NCBI GenBank assembly: GCA_963695335.1
Contig: OY968764.1
Location: 416,001 to 480,000 of the forward strand
DNA from: an uncultured bacterium
Lineage (GTDB): Bacteria; Babelota; Babeliae; Babelales; Vermiphilaceae
Reading direction: 5' to 3'
DNA: 64,000 nt
The notes under the pieces were generated by a model, which had not been told where the DNA came from, did not search any database, and saw only the letters and a program-made list of their open reading frames with translations. A program made the translations under genes and the position numbers. Below, in pieces: positions 58,656 through 64,000 of the stretch. Position 1 is the stretch's first letter. Each line of letters opens with the position of its first letter.

Positions 58656-59329
58656 GGGATTAATTCACCATCATTTAACTGGTACATTTCATCCATTTTC
58701 TCCGCAACATATTCATCATGACTACTGATAATAATTCCCATATCCCATTCCTCTTGGCATGCAATCAGTAGATCAATAATATTTTTTCCTGTTGCAAGAT
58801 CCAAGTTGCCCGTTGGCTCATCGGCGATTAAAAAAGCTGGTTTATTAAAAAGAGCACGCGCAATAGCAACACGCTGTTGTTGTCCGCCAGAGAGTTCTCC
58901 AATTTTACTATCTTTTTTGTGAATGAGCTCTATTTTTTTCAGTAGTTCAATTGCTTTTGCTTCACAATCATGACGTGTGTGTCCATTAATAAGTCCAGGA
59001 ATGATAATATTTTCTATAACAGAAAGTTCTTTAAGTAAATGGGGAGATTGGAATACTAAGCCAATTGATTTGTTTAAAAACTGTTCACGTTGGGAAGGGG
59101 AAAGGCTTTGTAGTGAATGGTCGTTGAATATAACAGTTCCAGTTGTTGGCGCATCGAGTCCTGCAAGAATGTGAATAAATGTTGATTTTCCCGATCCGGA
59201 GATGCCGGTAATGGCGTAACTTTTTTTTTGTTCAAATGTGCATGTTATATCTTTAAGAACAGTAATTTGTTGTGTGCCTTGCGTGAATGTTTTGGAAATC
59301 TTTTGTGTGGAAAGGATGGCTCTATCCAT
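58649..59329 (-). CDS. lolD: LolD-like ABC transporter ATP-binding protein
   Basis: [33 protein letters not shown]. Confidence 0.8.
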   Translation of the reverse strand: MDRAILSTQKISKTFTQGTQQITVLKDITCTFEQKKSYAITGISGSGKSTFIHILAGLDAPTTGTVIFNDHSLQSLSPSQREQFLNKSIGLVFQSPHLLKELSVIENIIIPGLINGHTRHDCEAKAIELLKKIELIHKKDSKIGELSGGQQQRVAIARALFNKPAFLIADEPTGNLDLATGKNIIDLLIACQEEWDMGIIISSHDEYVAEKMDEMYQLNDGELIPC

Positions 59330-59406
59330 GGTGCTTCCTGAAGGTGAGGGGTTTTGATTTAGTATAGCATAAGTCGTTATATTCACTCTATTCAAATTTT
59401 TCTCTT

Positions 59407-59554
59407 GCGCTCGTCCTGAACTTGTTGAAGGATATCTTTCGAGCGCTCAAAGATACCCTTCGACAGGCTCAGGGCGAGCGCGGGGAAGATGGGCGGTGGG
59501 AAAATAAGCCCTTTTAACTGGGGTCCCCATCGGAAGGAACTGGAGATGGGGTTA
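59407..59554. repeat. REPIN-like type A inverted pair plus type C unit
   Basis: GCGCTCGTCCTGAACTTGTTGAAGGA..CCCTTCGACAGGCTCAGGGCGAGCGC; TTAACTGGGGTCCCCATC..GATGGGGTTA. Confidence 0.88.
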
Positions 59555-59729
59555 CAAGACGCCTCTTTTTATAGCAGAAAATTATCTCAAATTGATAGTA
59601 TTTTATACAAAAGCTCTAAAATAAGGCTTTTTTGGTTTATTGCTGATAATTATTGAGTTGTTTTATGGCCAGCTCATAAACTAATAAACGTAATGTACAG
59701 CACAAATAAAAAACTAGGGGGGAGTTATA

Positions 59730-62100
59730 ATGAAAAGTGTTGTCAATCAAAAAAAGGTAAATGTCTCTTCTGAGGTGCTACCAGTTATACCAACAATGGA
59801 TGTGGTTGTTTTTCCACAAATTATTGTTCCGCTACTTGTTCTTGATGAAAAAATTATTAATGGGATTAACCAAGCAATAGAAGAAAAAAAAATGGTATTT
59901 CTTCTTGCTGCAAAAAATGGGGTTGATCCACAAGGGGCAATCAGTACAGAAGATTTGTACACGGTTGGTACGGTTGCTACGATAATGCGTCTGATTAAAA
60001 TACCTGAAGGTGGAATTAAAATTCTTGTTCAGGGCGTTTCCAAAGCGCGTGCTCTTGATATCATGACTGATGATAATATGTTGCATGCAAAAGTTCAAAA
60101 GCTGCAAGATGAAGAGATCAATGCAGCAGAATTAACTGCATGTGTACAAAGAATTAAAAAAATTGCTGATCAAATGGCAACTTCAGGATATACCTTCAGT
60201 CCAGATTTCCATATTATTCTTTCTAAAATGACATGATGCAGGAAAAATTGGCGATTTTATTCTTTCTCACCTTAATCTTAATGTTGATGATGCGCAAAGA
60301 CTTCTTGAAACAGATAATCAAAAAGATTTCTTGATAATGTTATCTGATTATTTGAGTAAAGAGGTACAAGTTGCTGAGATTCAAGAAAAAATTAGAAACA
60401 ATGCTCGTGAATCTATGAATCAGTCTCAAAAAGAGTTTTATTTGCGTGAACAACTTAAGGCAATTAAACAAGAGCTTGGTGAAGATGATTTAGAAGAAAT
60501 AGAAGAGATGCGCGATAAATTAGCCGCTCTTGAAGTTTCGGATGAAGTTAAAAAAGAAGTTGGCAGACAAATTAATCGTTTAGAACGCACAGCGCCAGAT
60601 TCTCTTGAAGCAACCGTCACACGTAACCATTTGGAATGGGTGTTTGCATTACCATGGAACACTGCAACGGAAGATAATTTAGATATTGCGCATGCAAAAG
60701 AAGTTCTTGATGAAGATCATTTTGGTTTAAAAGAGATTAAAGATCGTATTTTAGATTTTATATCAGTGCGTAATTTAAAAAAAGATGGTTTTGCACCGAT
60801 TCTTTGTTTTGTTGGGCCTCCAGGAACGGGTAAAACATCATTGGGTAAATCAATTGCACGTAGTTTGGGCAGAGAGTATGGCCGTATATCTCTTGGTGGT
60901 GTCAAAGATGAAGCGGAAATTCGTGGTCACCGGAGAACATATGTTGGCGCAATGCCAGGAAGATTTATTCAGGCATTACGCAAAGCAGGATCACGTAACC
61001 CATTATTAGTGATTGATGAGTTGGATAAAATAGGTGCAGATTTTAGAGGTGATCCTTCAGCGGCGATGCTTGAAGTTCTTGATCCTCAACAAAATAAGAC
61101 ATTTTATGATAACTATCTTGGTATACCATTTGATTTATCAGAAGTGATGTTTATTGCAACGGCAAATAGTGTGGATGTTATTTCTGAACCATTACGTGAT
61201 CGTATGGAAATTATTGAACTGAGTGGCTACACCATGGAAGAAAAAGTAAAAATAGCGCAACAGCATTTGGTGAGAAAATCAATCACCAATGCAGGGCTTG
61301 ATAGTAATAAATTGACTATTTCTGACGATATTATTCAAAGAATTGTGACCGATTACACGCGTGAATCAGGAGTGCGTCAGTTGGAACGTTTGATTGGTAA
61401 AATGTGTTCCAAAGCTGCACGAACATTTGTAGAAACCAAAAAATTTAATGGTTTTACACTTGATAATCTTGAAAACTATCTTGGACCATGTCGCTTTATA
61501 GATGATGGCGCAAATAAATCGCATCAAATTGGTATCACTAATGGACTTGCATGGACAGTGCATGGTGGTGAAATACTGCAAATAGAAGCAATGCTTATGC
61601 CAGGAACGGGTAAATTGTTATTAACTGGCCAACTGGGTGATGTGATGAAAGAGTCTGCGCAAGCGGCACGCAGTTATGCGTGTGCGCATGCAAAAGATTT
61701 TGGTATTGATAACAAATTGTTTACTGATTTTGATATGCATATTCATCTTCCAGCTGGTGCGGTGCCAAAAGATGGTCCATCAGCAGGGCTTGCAATGTTA
61801 ACTGCAATGCTTTCAACCTTAACAAAGCGTCCAATTAACGCTAATTATGCCATGACAGGGGAGTTGAACTTACGTGGTGAAGTTATGCCAATTGGTGGCG
61901 TTAAAGAAAAAATCTTGGCAGCAAAACGTAATAATATTCCGCATGTGATTTTACCAAGAAAAAACAGCCATAATTTGGCAGAGCTTGATAATTTAATTGA
62001 TGGTATTCAAGTTATCCTGGTTGATCATGCGAATGATATTATGGATAAATTGTTGATGCCATTGGATAGTATTGATGATAAGGCTGGGCAAGAATGCTGA
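59730..62100 (+). pseudogene. lon: Lon protease split by a single extra base near 60231-60234 (real lesion or sequencing error)
   Basis: LON N-domain, GPPGTGKTS, GHRRTYVGAMPG, PKDGPSAG, IGGVKEK; +1 shift restores SKM(T/H)DAGKIGDFILSHL. Confidence 0.85.
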
Positions 62101-62122
62101 CAGCGCAGAATAGAGTTAATAT

Positions 62123-62153
62123 AAAAACCGGGTGATTGTGTCACCCGGTTTTT
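62123..62153. terminator. Bidirectional terminator
   Basis: AAAAACCGGGTGA-TTGTG-TCACCCGGTTTTT. Confidence 0.9.
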
Positions 62154-62168
62154 GTTTACATATTATTT

Positions 62169-63086
62169 TTATTGTTGTTGAGCTTTCATGCTTGCAATTT
62201 GCTTCTCTAATGCTTTGTTCTGTTGTTGAAGCTCTTCAAGTTCATATTTGGCCTTTTGTAATGCTTCAGGATCAACAGTTTCAGGATTTTCTTCAGCACC
62301 TAAAATATAATTCATTAAAGTACCGATAGTTTTTTGTATGGCATATTGTTTTGCTTGGTACCAGGCTATACTTACGGCTAATCCGCCTGCAGCACCAGCA
62401 AGCCATTTTGCATTGGAAACAAAACCGCCTGTTGTCTCTGTTGGTATTTCTGTGGATGTGGAAGGTAATGCTGGTGATGGTGTTGAACGCCATGATGGCA
62501 CGTAACCCCAAGCTGTTGATGCTGCAGAACCTAATTTACCACCTAATGTACTTGCTCCACTCATTATAGCAGCGCTATTGTTAACAAGAAGATACGCTGT
62601 GGCAAGACCTACGGCACCAATGAGTGCACCTACCGACCAATTATTAAGTGCGTTGACTGCTTTGGGGCGAGTAGTGGTTGTTTTACCTAATTGTGTTTCT
62701 ATTTTTGTTAATTCTTGATAGAGTCCTTCAAGTTGTTTTTTGTTTGCTATTATCTCTTTAGCATCAAAATAGCTGATGTAACCTTCTTCATTTCTAATCT
62801 TATTTTCTAGTTCTGTAATCTCATCAAGCAATATCTGTTCTTTTAAGATTAATAGAGTACTAGGATTGTTTTTAATATCAGCAGCCAATTTTTCAGCAGC
62901 ATCCATTTTTTCTTGTTGAGTTGATGCGTTTTTAAGCGCTTTGGTATCCACAAACATCTGTTTTTCATTTTTGGTTACAGGAACAGTTTGTGATAGAGGG
63001 GTTCTGCGCTTCATGATTTTGGCATCAACGGTGCCAATGAGGGTAAAAGCAAGGGTGGCAAGAGTAATATGTAGTAATTTTTTCAT
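62169..63086 (-). CDS. Exported coiled-coil protein with two Gly/Ala-rich hydrophobic segments
   Basis: AAGGAG RBS, signal peptide. Confidence 0.75.
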   Translation of the reverse strand: MKKLLHITLATLAFTLIGTVDAKIMKRRTPLSQTVPVTKNEKQMFVDTKALKNASTQQEKMDAAEKLAADIKNNPSTLLILKEQILLDEITELENKIRNEEGYISYFDAKEIIANKKQLEGLYQELTKIETQLGKTTTTRPKAVNALNNWSVGALIGAVGLATAYLLVNNSAAIMSGASTLGGKLGSAASTAWGYVPSWRSTPSPALPSTSTEIPTETTGGFVSNAKWLAGAAGGLAVSIAWYQAKQYAIQKTIGTLMNYILGAEENPETVDPEALQKAKYELEELQQQNKALEKQIASMKAQQQ

Positions 63087-63216
63087 AACAACTCTCCTTT
63101 ATATATATTTCTACCTTTAGAATAATAAAATCAGTTTCAGATAGTCAATAGATTGGTAAAGTGTTGATAGGTATATAGGAAGGGGTGGTGTTAAAAAAAG
63201 AATGTTTGGAATGAAA

Positions 63217-63246
63217 AAGAAAGGGCAGCATATCATATGCTGCCCT
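63217..63246 (-). terminator. Terminator hairpin
   Basis: A-run, AGGGCAGCATA-TCA-TATGCTGCCCT. Confidence 0.75.
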
Positions 63247-63263
63247 GATTTGTATTGATCAGT

Positions 63264-64000
63264 TTACTTTTTGCGAGGGGATAATCTTTTAGCTTCAGCA
63301 GCCGCACTTCGTCGTTGTCTTGCTTGTGCCGTTGCCAATCTTGATTGAGCAATAGCTTTTGCAGTAGCAGCATCAGCTTCTTTTTTTGTAATTCCTGCAG
63401 ATCTTAATAGTCCTAGATCAGTTATTTTTACTCCGGCACTTGTAAGATTTTCAATAACTTCTTTGTCTGCATTTTTCCATAAGTTATTCAAGTCTTTTTG
63501 GCTTATTGCTCCTGTTTCTATGAGCTCGCCTGCGCCATAGCCCATTCTATTCTTTGCATCGGATATCGTGCCAGCTAATCCTTGCATTTCACGTGCCAAC
63601 ATGCTTTCCCCTGCAGCACGGCGACTATAGTATTCACTTTCTAAATTTACCCAACGACTTATTTCATTTTTTAAATCATCTAAAGTTGTTGGTAGTTTTT
63701 CTGCTGTATCTCCCATGAGTACAGGTAGGCCAAATTCACCACGTTCTACCCACCAACTCTCTCGTGCTTCTTTTTCGGCTGCTTTGCGTGCCTCTTGTAA
63801 TATTGCATTTTGTTCTTCTAATTGTAGTGCTTCTAATGCTCTTGCTTGTCTTGCTTCAGCACCAAAATAAGGGACATTAGGCAATTGAGCGTAAGCTTTT
63901 CCAAATTGTTTTGATACGTAAGCTTTACCTGCGCTATCAAAACCGTAGGCATCAATAGCATAAATAGTACCTGCAGCAGCAGCGGCACCGATCATATACA
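63264..64000 (-). CDS. Hypothetical protein (5'-truncated by window edge)
   Basis: Open frame running to the window end. Confidence 0.65.
   Translation of the reverse strand, partial: YMIGAAAAAGTIYAIDAYGFDSAGKAYVSKQFGKAYAQLPNVPYFGAEARQARALEALQLEEQNAILQEARKAAEKEARESWWVERGEFGLPVLMGDTAEKLPTTLDDLKNEISRWVNLESEYYSRRAAGESMLAREMQGLAGTISDAKNRMGYGAGELIETGAISQKDLNNLWKNADKEVIENLTSAGVKITDLGLLRSAGITKKEADAATAKAIAQSRLATAQARQRRSAAAEAKRLSPRKK

Noticed and set aside
60228..60280. TGA recoding or prfB-like programmed frameshift in lon
   Set aside because: Read-through hits TAA 13 codons later; ACA offers no +1 re-pairing and no internal SD is visible; other genes use TGA as a normal stop

Overview
AT-rich bacterial chromosomal segment. 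Gene content points to an intracellular parasite of protists, most likely Candidatus Dependentiae/Babelota (TM6); this is an inference from the many signal-peptide orphans and ankyrin proteins, not a marker-gene placement. The backbone is housekeeping genes: prmC, polA, rpmA, secF, rho, tsaD, smpB, tmRNA, comM, acpS, ogt/alkD, lnt-like, tRNA-fMet, murJ, lolD-like and a frameshifted lon. Interspersed are roughly 30 predicted exported proteins (often tandem paralogs), a Ku/LigD NHEJ pair, a HigBA-type cassette flanked by a 56-bp direct repeat, two identical IS5-family insertions, and an integrase-less ~9.6 kb island at the tmRNA 3' end. Main observations: (1) a signal peptide + ankyrin + RelE-like mRNase fusion, plus a second ankyrin protein with a different toxin-like C-terminus; (2) nested palindromic repeats that have inserted in frame into PolA, Rho, TsaD and two exported proteins; (3) a recurrent Met, mostly Met-Glu/Asp, right after the signal peptide in 16 exported proteins; (4) an unannotated 39-aa antitoxin-like peptide next to smpB. 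All family calls are by eye from motifs; no database searches were run.
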